A stretch of 64,000 nucleotides of DNA, taken from positions 96,001-160,000 of the forward strand of contig CAVUHW010000015.1 of NCBI GenBank assembly GCA_963741205.1, read 5' to 3'. The notes under the pieces were generated by a model. The model had not been told where the DNA came from and made no database searches. It saw only the letters and a program-made list of their open reading frames with translations. Made by a program: the position numbers and the translations under genes. This DNA comes from Nitrospirota bacterium. GTDB lineage: Bacteria; Nitrospirota; UBA9217. Each line of letters starts with the position of its first letter. The first letter of the stretch is position 1. Positions 12,545 through 24,001 of this stretch are shown here, in pieces.

Positions 12545-13174
12545 ATGGCAAGGAACCCCCGAAATAGTCTGCCCCTTCTCCGGCTGTTCGCTTTTATCCT
12601 GCTTTCCGGCTGCCTGTCTCAAGCGCCAAATCCTCCTGCCCCGGCCCCCGGCGTCTCTTCCGGCATGCCTTCAGACGCCGGCAGGTACCGGATCGTCATC
12701 AGAAAATCGAACCATTCCCTCACGCTCCTAAGGGACGACCGGGCGGTCAAGACCTGCCCGGCGGTGTTCGGGAGAGGCTACCGCGATGGCGATAAACGAA
12801 GCCTGGGTGACAAGCGCACGCCGGAAGGAGAATTCTATATCTGCACCATGAACGACAGCAAGCGGTTTTACAAGTTCCTCGGCCTGAGCTACCCCAGTCT
12901 GAAGCATGCCGAGTACGGCCGCCGTACCGGAATGATCACCGACGCGGAGTATGTCGCGATCAAAAATGCGCTGGTGGAACGGCGGCAGCCGCCTTGGGAC
13001 ACGAGTCTCGGCGGGGCCGTCGGCATCCATGGGAGGACGGCCGCTTCGGCGGGCGGCATGCCGTCTCCCGATGAAATGAACTGGACGTACGGCTGCATCG
13101 CACTGGACAACGCCGACTTGGATGAAGTCTATAGCGTCGTTTCCCTCGGTACGGCAGTAACGATACTGCCGTGA
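12545..13174 (+). CDS. L,D-transpeptidase family lipoprotein
   Basis: Lipobox LSGC; GDKRTPEG; GIHG...WTYGCIAL catalytic His/Cys. Confidence 0.9.
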   Translation: MARNPRNSLPLLRLFAFILLSGCLSQAPNPPAPAPGVSSGMPSDAGRYRIVIRKSNHSLTLLRDDRAVKTCPAVFGRGYRDGDKRSLGDKRTPEGEFYICTMNDSKRFYKFLGLSYPSLKHAEYGRRTGMITDAEYVAIKNALVERRQPPWDTSLGGAVGIHGRTAASAGGMPSPDEMNWTYGCIALDNADLDEVYSVVSLGTAVTILP

Positions 13175-13245
13175 GACATCCGGTTCTGAGTCATGAGTTC
13201 AGAGTTTCTTGTTCTCCATGAGCGGGAAACTAATTTGGATACGAC

Positions 13246-14523
13246 ATGAAACCGAAGAAGGTTTACAAAGGAAGTTTGCTTGAACGATACCGGGTGGATG
13301 TTTCCCGCTGCGTGAAGTGCGGGGCATGCAGGGCGGTCTGCCCCAGCTTCCTCCGGGACCGGGCAGAATCCCGGTCCGCACGGGGAAGGATGGCCCTCGT
13401 AAAGGCGATTCTGGACAACAGACTCACGGTGTCCGGGGTTTACCAGGACCGCCTCGCCTCCTGCACGGGGTGCCTCGCATGCGAGGCTTCCTGCCCGAGC
13501 GGCGTGCCGGTCACGGAAATCATCCAGGCTGCGAAGGAACAGGCTGTCGCGGAAGCGGGCAGGGGAATCATCGGGGCGGTGCTCTCCGGCGTGCTCATGC
13601 GTCCCGGCCTCTTCCGCTCCGCCGCGTGGCTCGCCCCGGTGGTGCTGCACTATGCGAAAGGGCGGGGGGCCAGGGTCCAGGGGACAGGGTACAGGGGCAG
13701 GGGGGCAAGGGGCGAAGAAAGAAGCAAGGGGACGATCGCGTTTTTCCCGGGGTGCGCGGTCGACTATTTTCAGCCCGAGATCGGGACGGCGACGATCAAC
13801 GTCCTGAACAAGCTCGGATACGACGTGGTCGTTCCGAACGACCTGAAATGCTGCGGAAGGCCGCTGCTTACCCTGGGCGACCGTGAAGCGGCGGAAAAAC
13901 TCGCCGCTCATAATACGGGGCTTCTTGCAAGACTTGACGCGGACGCAGTCGTTACCGCCTGCGCTTCCTGCAGCTTGACTTTTAAAAAGGAATACCCTAA
14001 ACTGCTTCGGTCCGGAACAAAACCGCCGGAAGTCCTCGACATCCATGAATTTCTCGCCAGCCGCATTTCGGGACTCAACCTCGGTCCGATCAACAAACGC
14101 ATCACCTGGCATGATCCGTGCCACCTCGGGAGGGGGCAGGGGTTGTCCGGCGCCGCCCGCGACATCCTGCGTTCCGTACCCGGGCTCACGCTCACGGAGA
14201 TGAGCGGCGCCGACCGCTGCTGCGGGTTCGGAGGCGTGATGAGGATCACGCACCCGGGACTTTCCGACGGTATCGCGAAAGAAAAGGCCAGGGCAGTCAT
14301 CGCCACGGAGGCATCGGCCGTCGTCACGGGTTGTCCCGCCTGCCGCATGCAGATCGCAAACGCCCTGAAGCATGCGGGTGCGGAAATCGAAGTGCTCCAT
14401 ACGGTGCAGGTGCTGGAAGAAGCGCTTTCGAATGCGGAATTCGGAATTGGAAGTCGCACGACCTCGAAGGTCGGCGCAAGTTTAGCATGCGTGTCGGACT
14501 GGAAGAAACTGGAAAAGAAATAA
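13246..14523 (+). CDS. GlcF-like Fe-S oxidoreductase (two 4Fe-4S motifs plus two CCG domains)
   Basis: CVKCGACRAVCP, CTGCLACEASCP, FFPGC, CCG, HDPCH, CCGFGG. Confidence 0.9.
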   Translation: MKPKKVYKGSLLERYRVDVSRCVKCGACRAVCPSFLRDRAESRSARGRMALVKAILDNRLTVSGVYQDRLASCTGCLACEASCPSGVPVTEIIQAAKEQAVAEAGRGIIGAVLSGVLMRPGLFRSAAWLAPVVLHYAKGRGARVQGTGYRGRGARGEERSKGTIAFFPGCAVDYFQPEIGTATINVLNKLGYDVVVPNDLKCCGRPLLTLGDREAAEKLAAHNTGLLARLDADAVVTACASCSLTFKKEYPKLLRSGTKPPEVLDIHEFLASRISGLNLGPINKRITWHDPCHLGRGQGLSGAARDILRSVPGLTLTEMSGADRCCGFGGVMRITHPGLSDGIAKEKARAVIATEASAVVTGCPACRMQIANALKHAGAEIEVLHTVQVLEEALSNAEFGIGSRTTSKVGASLACVSDWKKLEKK

Positions 14524-14532
14524 ATACACGGT

Positions 14533-14617
14533 AACCACAGATGAACACGGTTAAAGACAAATCAGAAAATCTAAAGTTCCGCTTTTATCCGTGTCTATCC
14601 GTGTTCATCTGTGGTTA
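14533..14617. repeat. Palindromic element AACCACAGATGAACACGG...CCGTGTTCATCTGTGGTT
   Basis: Perfect inverted arms of about 18 bp. Confidence 0.85.
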
Positions 14618-14629
14618 AAAAGGTTTTCC

Positions 14630-14855
14630 ATGCCTATTTACGAATATCAATGCACGAAATGCAACTGCTGTTTTGAGAAGCTCGTTTTCGGGTCCAGCCC
14701 GGAAGTCACGTGCCCGAATTGCGGTTCGAAGGAGACGCAGAAAAAACTCTCGAAGTTCGGCATGGGCAAGTCTTCGAGCGCTTCGGCTTCAACATTCATC
14801 GAGCGGCTCAGGCTGCAGCGGCTGTTCATCGTCGTCTTGTGCAGGCTGCCATTAG
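14630..14855 (+). CDS. FmdB-family zinc-ribbon protein (frameshift near 14795)
   Basis: MPIYEYQCTKC...CPNCGS; Cys-rich tail GCSGCSSSSCAGCH in a shifted frame. Confidence 0.85.
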
Positions 14856-15011
14856 AGGCGCCCTATCATTGGAAGGACCGGTAACGGTCCGCAGGATCAG
14901 GGGTTTTTCTGATGACTTTAGTGTTGACGAGAGGCTGCGGAAGTTGTATTATGATGCAGTTTTATTCATCAGCGAAGTATTTTAATTATTTCGCGCAGTC
15001 ATAAAGAACTC

Positions 15012-15698
15012 ATGTCATTTATTTTACTTCTTGCAGCCGGGTTCATCTTCATACCTTCTTTTGCCTTTGCATGGGGTCCCATGACCCACATGTATCTCGG
15101 CAATGAACTGCTCTCCTGCGCTCCGCTTCTCCCCGCCGGAATCTACGCCCTTTTGAAAAAACACAAGCAGGATTTCCTCTACGGCAATATCATGGCCGAC
15201 ATGATCCTCGGGAAAAAATACCTTCCCGACGACAAGAGCTCCCACTCCTGGGATGTTGGCCTGAAGCTCCTCGACCAGGCAAAGACCTGGCCCGAACGGG
15301 CCTTCTCGTACGGCTACCTCGCCCATCTTGCGGCGGACACCGTGGCCCACGAGACGCTCACGGACGACCTGGGGAACATGGGGCACACCTGGTTGGAGCT
15401 CAAGGCGGACAGCATCATCGACAAGTCCTACTGGCTGCAGACGGTCATGATCAGCAAGGCTGTGCGCAAACGGAGCGACCTCCTGCTCGAGAACTCGCTC
15501 GACAGCTATATCTTTTCCTTCAAGACCAACAAGCGGATTTACAAGAGCATGGTGTTCCTCATGTTCCTGAACAAGAAAAGACGGCGCGGCGTTGACCGGC
15601 AGCTCATCTACGACCTCCACGAAGAGTCCATAGCGCGCATGCTCGACCTGCTCCGGAACGGCACCGAATCCGAAGTCCTGCACAAGAACCCGCTCTGA
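15012..15698 (+). CDS. Zinc-dependent phospholipase C family protein
   Basis: Signal peptide then WGPMTH; GYLAHLAADTVAH; HTWLE. Confidence 0.8.
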   Translation: MSFILLLAAGFIFIPSFAFAWGPMTHMYLGNELLSCAPLLPAGIYALLKKHKQDFLYGNIMADMILGKKYLPDDKSSHSWDVGLKLLDQAKTWPERAFSYGYLAHLAADTVAHETLTDDLGNMGHTWLELKADSIIDKSYWLQTVMISKAVRKRSDLLLENSLDSYIFSFKTNKRIYKSMVFLMFLNKKRRRGVDRQLIYDLHEESIARMLDLLRNGTESEVLHKNPL

Positions 15699-15877
15699 AC
15701 CTGTTTAGAATCCCCGCGATCATTGACCCCTTCCTCCAACCTGAAAATCTGTTATAGTTATCCCTGTAGTAATGCTCCGTACCGGTTATGCGTATCTTTT
15801 TAGTTGCGAGTTCCGGGTTTAACCCACAACCCGTGACGTTTGCAGTGTTGTAAGAACCCCGACAAGGAGGCAGAGCC

Positions 15878-16360
15878 ATGGAACTCCATACCGTTCGCGT
15901 TGAAATCCCCGAAGGCTGCAACATCGTCCTCGGCCAGACCCATTTCATCAAGACCGCGGAAGACCTTTACGAGATCATCGCCACAACCGTGCCGCAGGCG
16001 AAATTCGGCGTCGCCTTCACCGAGGCCTCCGGTCCCTGCCTGGTCCGAACGGAGGGGAACGACGAAGGCCTGATCGCTGCATGTGTCAAAACTCTGAACG
16101 ATATCGGCGCAGGCCATGTGTTCTGCATTTACTTGAAAAACGCGTTTCCTATCAACATCCTCACCCAGATCAAAAACTGCCCGGAGGTCTGCCGTATCTT
16201 CTGCGCTACGGCCAACCCGCTCGAGGTTGTGGTAGCAGAGACAGCGCAGGGCAAGGGGATCATGGGCGTCATCGATGGGTCTTCACCAAAGGGAGTGGAG
16301 ACTGCCGCGGACAGGGAGCAAAGGAAGGGGTTCCTCCGAAAGATTGGGTACAAGCTGTGA
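15878..16360 (+). CDS. Adenosine-specific kinase family (DUF355)
   Basis: [25 protein letters not shown]. Confidence 0.9.
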   Translation: MELHTVRVEIPEGCNIVLGQTHFIKTAEDLYEIIATTVPQAKFGVAFTEASGPCLVRTEGNDEGLIAACVKTLNDIGAGHVFCIYLKNAFPINILTQIKNCPEVCRIFCATANPLEVVVAETAQGKGIMGVIDGSSPKGVETAADREQRKGFLRKIGYKL

Positions 16361-16559
16361 GTCAGGAGTCAGGAGTATAACGAACCATCTTAGTCGCTCT
16401 TCGCGGGTGTTCACCAAGGTTGAACCGTTCCGTGCGAATCCCCCCGATATTTGAAAATCTGTCTTGCTAATTTACCCCAAAAGCAGTAAACTTCGTGATC
16501 GTTATAATAATGATTCGACGTCAGTCCCAGATCAAATCAACCCAAAAGGGAGCACGAAA

Positions 16560-17344
16560 ATGAAACGAATTTTTAACGTTGCAGCAGCAGGGTCGCTGTT
16601 TCTCCTGGTGATATTCGCCGCGGCGGCCTCTTTCGCGGCGCAGGAAAAGACCGCGCCGAAGCCCAAGCAGGAGGCCATGGAAGCGGCGGATGAATCGGCC
16701 GTGTCATCATCTCTCTCGGGCAAGGTCGCCGAGACCATGAATGCCGGAGGGTATACCTACGTTTTACTGGATAAGAACGGGAAAAAGACCTGGGTCGCCG
16801 TGCCGCAGATGACGGTAAAGGTGGGACAGGAGCTCGTGCTGCAGCCCGGCCAGGAGATGCAAAACTTTACGAGCAAGTCGCTGAACAGGACCTTCGACAG
16901 AATCATCTTCTCCGGGGGCCCCGCGGCTCCCAAGGGTTCGCAAGCCGGCACCGGCCACGGGGCCGCAGGGAACGCGGCATCGGGCGGCAAGGCGGCGGTG
17001 GCTGCCGTTGACAAGAACCTCAAAGTGGAGAAGGCGACCGGGCCCGACGCATACACCGTAAACGACATGTTCGCGAAACGGGAGCGGAACTCGACAAGAA
17101 GACCGCCGTGGTTCGGGGCAAGGTCGTCAAGGTATCCGCGGGGATCATGGGCGCGAACTGGATCCACCTGCAGGACGGCACCGGTGACGCGGAAAAGATG
17201 ACGCATGATCTCGTCGTGACGACGCAGGACCTGCCGAAGGTCGGGGAGATCATGACCGTGAGCGGAACCGTCTCGAAAGACAAGGATTTCGGGGCCGGCT
17301 ATAAATACAACGTCCTCATCGAGAAGGCGAGCATTCAGCGCTGA
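16560..17344 (+). CDS. Periplasmic NrfJ-like/OB-fold protein (frameshift near 17085)
   Basis: Signal peptide; GKVAETMNAGGYTY...WVAVP; VRGKVVK...NWIHLQDGTG...DFGAGYKY. Confidence 0.75.
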
Positions 17345-17369
17345 ACCGGCTAATCAAAACGATCTTGCG

Positions 17370-17398
17370 AACCCCGTGCAGTGCACGGGGTTTTTTTT
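17370..17398 (+). terminator. Intrinsic terminator
   Basis: AACCCCGTGCA-G-TGCACGGGGTT stem ending in a T8 run. Confidence 0.85.
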
Positions 17399-17498
17399 AC
17401 TCTTTTTGATAAAACAGTGCTTGACAATTTCCCCGTTTTAAGAAAATATTGGTGCTCTACGGAGTCGGCAGACGTTCCGGGAAAGGTGCTATTCCCCG

Positions 17499-18959
17499 AT
17501 GAGCAAGTACTATCCAGAAGCTATTGATCGCAAACCGGGGCGTTCCGGCCGTCCGGGTCATGCACACCTGCAGGGACCGGAAGATACCGACCGTCGCGGT
17601 CTACAGCGACCCCGACCGGCTGGCCCACCACGTCTTCATGGCGGACGAGGCCGTGCACATCGGCGCCGCTCCGCCGGCCGAGTCCTATCTCAACATGGAC
17701 AAGATGATCGATGCGGCCCTCCGGAGCAGGGCCGACGCGATTCATCCGGGCTGGGGATTTCTTGCCGAGAACGAGGCTTTCGCGCGGAAGGTGATCGACG
17801 CCGGGCTCACCTGGATCGGGCCTTCCCCCGAGGTCATCAGCATGCTGGGAGACAAGATCGAGGCCAAGGCCCTGGCAAAGAAGGCCAACGTGCCGACCAT
17901 CCCGGGCATCGATGCGGTCACGGACATCGGACAGATCAAGGCCTGGATGCAGAAGGACGGCGTGGCCTATCCCATCATGATCAAGGCGGCCTCGGGCGGA
18001 GGCGGCAAGGGCATGGTGAAGGTCGAAAGCGACGGCGAGCTTTCCCAGGCCCTGGCACGCGCCCGGTCCGAGGCCAGGAAGTCCTTCGGCGACGACACCA
18101 TCCTGGTCGAGAAGTACATCGAACGGGGCGGCACATCGAGGTCCAGATCGTGGCGGACAGCCACGGGAACGTCGTCCACCTCTACGAACGGGAATGCACG
18201 CATCCAGCGCCGGAACCAGAAGATCATCGAGGAGGCGCCGTCGCCGAGCCTCGACGAAAATCTCCGGAACGAGATCTGCTACACCGCGACCAGGCTGATG
18301 CGCGAGATCGGCTACACGACCGCGGGAACGGTGGAGTACATCTTCGATTCCGCCACGCGGAAGTTCTATTTCCTCGAGGTGAACACCCGGCTCCAGGTGG
18401 AGCACGGCATCACCGAGCTGATCACCGGCCTCGACATCGTCGGCATCATGATCGACGACGGCGCTGGGCAAGAAGCTGCCCTTCAAGCAGTCCGCGATCC
18501 GTCCGAACCGGTGGGCGCTCGAGGTCCGGCTGAACGCCGAGGACCCCAAGACCTTCAGCCCCTCCTTCGGCCCGATCACGCGGCTCCAGATCCCCATGGG
18601 GCCGAACGTGCGGGTGGCCTCGGGCGTGTACGAGGGCGGCGACATCCCGCCCTATTACGATTCGCTGTTCATGCTGCTCATGACCGCCGGCGCGGACCGG
18701 AACCACGCTATCAGCGTTATGGACCGGTCGCCTGGGAAGGAACCTCCGGGTCGAGGGCGTCAAGACGCTGCAGCCGCTGTTGCTCTCCATCATCAGGCAC
18801 CCGTCGTTCATCTCGGGCGAGTTTTCCACGCGGTTCATCGAAGAGCACATGGATGAGCTGATCTCCATGTTCCAGGAAAAGAACAGCGAGGACGAAGTGC
18901 TCAAGATCGCGCGGTACGTGGCGGAGATATCGGCCCTCGGGCCGCAGAAGTGGATGTGA
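17499..18959 (+). CDS. pycA: Biotin carboxylase (pyruvate carboxylase subunit A); several frameshifts
   Basis: LIANRG, AESYL, HPGWGFLAEN, KAASGGGGKGM, QRRNQKIIEEAP, FLEVNTRLQVEH, PYYDS. Confidence 0.88.
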
Positions 18960-19017
18960 GGAGTAGCGAAGTAAGAAGTCAGAAGTAGAAGTAAGAAGTA
19001 AGCAGAGGGAAAAGATT

Positions 19018-19124
19018 TCACCGCGAAGGCGCGAAGGACGCAGGAAAGCAAACTCATGAATCCTGGTTCAGACAACAGATATTGACGTATGGTTTACTTC
19101 GCGCTCTTCGCGCCTTCGCGGTAA
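19018..19124. repeat. Palindromic element CGCGAAGGCGCGAAG...CTTCGCGCCTTCGCG
   Basis: Inverted arms; same family at 26811-26918 and 33485-33603. Confidence 0.85.
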
Positions 19125-19164
19125 TCGCATTTTGTTATCTGAAGTTTGATAATGAGGAGATGTA

Positions 19165-21188
19165 ATGGCAGAATACTGTTTTCGTCAAACCCGGCATGTC
19201 GCCCCGGGAGATCGTCTCCGCGGTCCGCGCGCTCAAGGGCGTCTGCCTGACCTCCGTGGGCATGCGGGACGCCGGGCAGTCGGACTTCAAGAACCGGCAC
19301 CGGATCTACGACCTGAAGACCCTCGCGCCCTACTACAACGGCATGGGCCTTTTCTCCGCGGAGACCCACGGCGGGGCGCGCTGGCACGTCGGCATCATGA
19401 ACCGGAAGGAGAGCCCCTTCGAGGAGGTCGCCATCCTCCGGGAACTCATGCCGAACGTGCTGCAGCAGACCCTCATCCGCGAGACGAACCTCTGGGGGTA
19501 CCGGCCCTATCCCAAGAACGTGATCGAATACGCCGTCTCCCGGGTGGACATCGACGTCTGGCGGTGTTTCTCTTTCCTGAACGACGTGAGAAACATGCGC
19601 ACCGTGGCGGAAACGGTCATGAAGCGGGGGAGGCTGTTCGAACCGACCATTTCCTTTACCGTGGCCGACTGGGCCACGAACGACTACTACCTGGGCGTGG
19701 TCCGCGACATGGTGGACCTGTGCGGCGGGACCGACGAGATCGTGCTGTGCATGAAGGACATGGCGGGCGTGGGCGACGTGTCCCGGATCGGCAATCTCGT
19801 CGACGCCATCAAGCAGAAATATCCCGGCGCTCGTCCTCAACTATCACCGCCATATCACCGACGGGCTCGCCATGCCCGCCTTCCTCTCGGCGGCAAAGGC
19901 GGGGGCCACGATCTTCGACGTGGAGGAGGATTCGCTCGTCCGGTTCTACGGCCATTCGCCGATCCTCGCGGTCCAGGCGATATTCGAGGAATCGGGCATA
20001 CCCGTGCATCTCGACCGGCCCCAGGCGGAGGCCGCCGTGCAGAAGGTGCGGGAATGGATCGGCCAGTACGACTGGGCCGAGTCGCCCTTCAAGGGGCTGG
20101 ACCACATGGTCACGCTCCACCGGATGCCCGGGGGCGCGTTCCCCAGCTCCTTCGAACAGGCGGACAAGGGCGAGTTCCTTCATCTCATGCCCGCGATCCT
20201 CACGGTGATGTCGCTCTTCAACAGGATCGTGAAGTATTTCGACGTGACGCCCGGCTCCCAGATCACCTGGGTCACCTGCAGCGGGATCGTGAACCGGTAC
20301 GCAAAGGAGCAGGGAGACCGCGGGCGTCAAGCAGGTCATCGGGCTCCTGACGAAGTTCGTCACGGACAAGGACCAGGACTTCGAGGCCATGGACAAAGCC
20401 GAGCAGGAGGAACTTCTGAGCCTGTTCCGGGGCGCTCCCGGCGATTTCAAGAACCTCTGCTCGGCAACTACGGCAAACTCCCCGTGGGATGGCCCGCGGA
20501 ATGGGTGTACCGGAGCACGTTCGGAGAGGAATGGGAGGCAGAAGCTCAGGGAGCGGAAAGAGGTTTCGCCGCTCGACTCGATGCCGGCCGGACGACCTCG
20601 AAAAGATCCGGAAGGAGCTCCAGGAGAACGTGGGCCGGGCTGTCACGGAGGAGGAGTTCATCCTCTCTCTCATGCACCCGAAGGACGCACTGGAATTCAT
20701 CGAGTTCCGCGCAAAGTTCGGCGAAGCGCCGCTCGTCGCTGCCGACGGACGTCTGGAGAAAAGGGCTTACCAGGCCCGGGGACCGGGTGGATTTCGAGCA
20801 CTGGGGCAAGCCCTATTCCATCGAGCTGGTGTCCGTCGGCGCCGAGCACGAAGGCGTCATCCACGTCGTGATGCGGGTCAACAACAAGACGCGGGTGTAC
20901 TCCGTTGTGACGCCGCGGGCCAAGAAGGCGGAGATCAGGATGGCCAAGGGCCCGAACGCCGTCGGCGCTCCGATCAACGGGAACCTCTGGCGGATCGGCA
21001 ATCCCGCGCGCGGACCGGTCAAGGCGGGCGACATCGTGCACAAGGGCGAGGAGATCGCCAACCTCGAGGCGATGAAGATGGAGAACGCGATCCTGGCGCC
21101 CATGGACGGCCAGATCGCCGAGGTCTGCGTCAAGCTGAACGAAACTGTCCAGGAAGGCCAGCTCCTGTTCGTGATCGAAAAGTCGTAG
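19165..21188 (+). CDS. pycB: Carboxyltransferase plus biotin carrier (pyruvate carboxylase subunit B-like); several frameshifts
   Basis: MRDAGQS, ETHGGA, KDMAG, HRMPGG, VTPGSQ, biotinylation motif EAMKMEN. Confidence 0.8.
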
Positions 21189-21349
21189 CCCGGCCCAGGG
21201 AAGACGCATTGGCCGTCCAGCCGCGTAAATGCCCCTTTACTTTTCCGCACCCATTGTGCATAATATTTTGCGCCAAACCCGGCAACAATACGAATGCTGA
21301 GGTCCGAATTTCAACTCTCCGCCATCTCGCGGGCCAAGGAGATTCCATC

Positions 21350-23145
21350 ATGAGGAACGGTTCGAAAAACGAAAAATTGAACAGCTGGGTGAAGGAGGTC
21401 GTTGAGCTCTGCCGGCCTGACAGCGTGTACTGGTGCGACGGCTCGAAGGCGGAGTACGACCGGCTGATGGCGCAGATGCGCGGGCGCGGCATGGCGATCC
21501 CGCTCAAGAAGCGGCCGCAACAGCTATCTCTTCCGCACCGACCCGAGCGACGTGGCCCGCGTGGAGGACCGCACCTACATCAGCACGACGCGCGCAGGAC
21601 GAGGCAGGTCCCACGAACAACTGGGTCCACACGGACGAGCTCAAGAAGACGATGAGGGGTCTGTACCAGGGCTGCATGAAGGGGCGCACGATGTATGTCA
21701 TCCCCTTCTCCATGGGTCCCATCGGCTCGCCCATCTCCAAGATCGGCGTGGAGCTGACCGACAGCCCCTACGTGGTCTGCAACATGCACATCATGACGCG
21801 GGTCGGTGAAAAGGTGCTGGACGTGCTCGGCGAGAACGGGCGAGTTCATCCCCTGCCTGCACTCCATCGGCGCTCCGCTCGCTCCCGGGCAGAAGGATTC
21901 CGCCTGGCCCTGCGCGCCGATCGAGAAGAAATATATCAGCCATTTCCCGGAGGAGAACCTGATCTGGTCCTACGGCTCGGGCTACGGCGGCAACGCCCTT
22001 CTGGGCAAGAAGTGCCTGGCGCTCCGCATCGCGTCGAACATGGCGCGGAAGGAAGGCTGGATGGCCGAGCACATGCTGATCCTGCGCCTGACGAACCCCG
22101 AGGGAAAGCGCTATCACATCGCGGCCGCGTTCCCGTCGGCCTGCGGCAAGACGAACCTCGCCATGATGCAGCCGTCGATCAAGGGCTGGAAGTGCGAGTG
22201 CATCGGCGACGACATCGCCTGGATGAAGATCCGGGGCGACGGCCGGCTCCACGCCATCAATCCCGAGAGCGGTTTCTTCGGCGTGGCGCCGGGCACGTCC
22301 TACAATACGAACCCCATGGCCATGGACACGCTCAAGGAGAACATCATCTTCACGAACTGCGCCCTCGACCGACGACGGGGACGTCTGGTGGGAGGGGATG
22401 ACCGAGGACCTGCCGCCCGCACGTAATCGACTGGAAAGGCCGGGACTGGCCGCCCGGAAAGCCGCGAGGACGCCGCCCACCCGAACGCGCGCTTCACCGC
22501 GCCGGCAAGGCAGTGCCCGGTCATCTGCCCGGACTGGGAGGACCCCGAGGGGGTCCCGATCGACATCTTCATCTTCGGCGGCCGGAGGTCGAGCGTCGTG
22601 CCCCTTGTGACCGAGGCGTATTCGTGGGACCACGGGGTGTTCCTGGGCGCTACCGCCGCATCGGAGACCACGTCGGCGAACATCGGCGCCGTGGGGAACC
22701 TGCGGCGCGATCCCTTTGCCATGAGGCCCTTCTGCGGCTACCACATGGGCGATTATTTCCAGCACTGGTTCGCCATGGGCGACCGGCTGGGGCAGAAGGC
22801 GCCGAGGATCTTCTACGTCAACTGGTTCAGGAAGAGCGCGGAGGGCAGGTTCCTCTGGCCCGGCTTCAGCGACAACAGCCGCGTGCTCAAGTGGATGTGC
22901 GAGCGGGTTGACGGCAAGACCGGCGCCAGGGAGACCCCGATCGGCCTCATGCCGAAGGACGGGGACCTTGACATGGCCGGCCTGGACCTTTCGCCGGAGA
23001 ACATAAAGGCGCTCATGGCCGTGGACCTCGCCGCATGGAAGGCCGAGGTGCCCGACATCGAGACAGCACTTCGCGCTCTTCGGAAGCCGGCTGCCCGAGC
23101 GGCTCAGGAAACAGCTTCGAGGAGTTCAGGAAACGGCTGGGGTAA
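21350..23145 (+). CDS. pckG: GTP-dependent phosphoenolpyruvate carboxykinase; several frameshifts
   Basis: [61 protein letters not shown]. Confidence 0.95.
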
Positions 23146-23184
23146 GGTTTCCCGCACGCAATTCCAGCGATAATGTTTTTGATC

Positions 23185-23222
23185 CCATGCCCTCTTCCGT
23201 TTCTAAGCGGGAGAGGGCATGG
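23185..23222 (+). terminator. Hairpin downstream of pckG
   Basis: CCATGCCCTCTTCCG / CGGGAGAGGGCATGG stem; weak U-tract. Confidence 0.6.
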
Positions 23223-23643
23223 TCGTTTGGCGGGCTGTCGTGAATCCGATAGACAATCATGCATTAATGAAATAATGCATAATGCACCTTGCCTGACGCC
23301 TTTCCTTTGGTGAGGAGTTGAATCGAGTAGACGCAGTGTCTCACCTGGGTGCCCTCCTCCCTGAACGGAAGAAGGCATAGTTATTGCAGACAGGAAACGC
23401 GGAGAAATCGGTGGTGCAGATTATTAGGTTCTGGTATTACCTCCTATCAAGACGTCATAATGAGAGTCGGTATTTGAATCATTCGTGATCGTCATGCCGG
23501 ACATAATCAGGCATCCAGAGGGTCTTTGAAAGATTGGATTCCAGCTTTCGTTGGAGTCCGAGGTTGATACGTCCTGCTCGGCCCTCGCATAGGGCGCGGC
23601 CGAACCTAGCATCTTTCGCTCGATTGGAGCCGCATGCCAATGA

Positions 23644-23682
23644 TTGACAAAGGCTAATCGATATGACTGATAATGGTCATAT
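23644..23682 (+). promoter_or_regulatory. Toxin-antitoxin promoter with palindromic operator
   Basis: TTGACA at 23644; ATATGAC-N8-GTCATAT (23661-23682) overlaps a GATAAT -10-like box. Confidence 0.7.
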
Positions 23683-23692
23683 TGATGTAGCC

Positions 23693-24001
23693 ATGGAGGG
23701 CAGATATGGGAAGACAGCCGCAGTTTCCGAACTCAAGGCGCTTTTGAGTAAATACCTGTCAAAGGTAAAAGCCGGAGAGGAAGTTATCGTAACGGACCGT
23801 GGGAAGGCTATCGCTAAAATTGTTCCCATTAAAAGAGGCGAGATGGAAATTCCATCCCATCTTCTTACGCTTGAGCGGGCCGGTTTGGCGCGCATCGGGA
23901 AATCCAGCCTGCCGCCGGGTTTCTGGAGTCTGCCGCGTCCTAAAGACAGGAAAGGCGCTGTACTCAAGGCATTGCTGAAGGAACGTGAGGAGGGCAGATG
24001 A
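23693..24001 (+). CDS. Phd/YefM-family antitoxin
   Basis: VSELKALLSKYLSKVKAGEEVIVTDRGKAIAKIVP; overlaps the toxin start (ATGA). Confidence 0.9.
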   Translation: MEGRYGKTAAVSELKALLSKYLSKVKAGEEVIVTDRGKAIAKIVPIKRGEMEIPSHLLTLERAGLARIGKSSLPPGFWSLPRPKDRKGAVLKALLKEREEGR

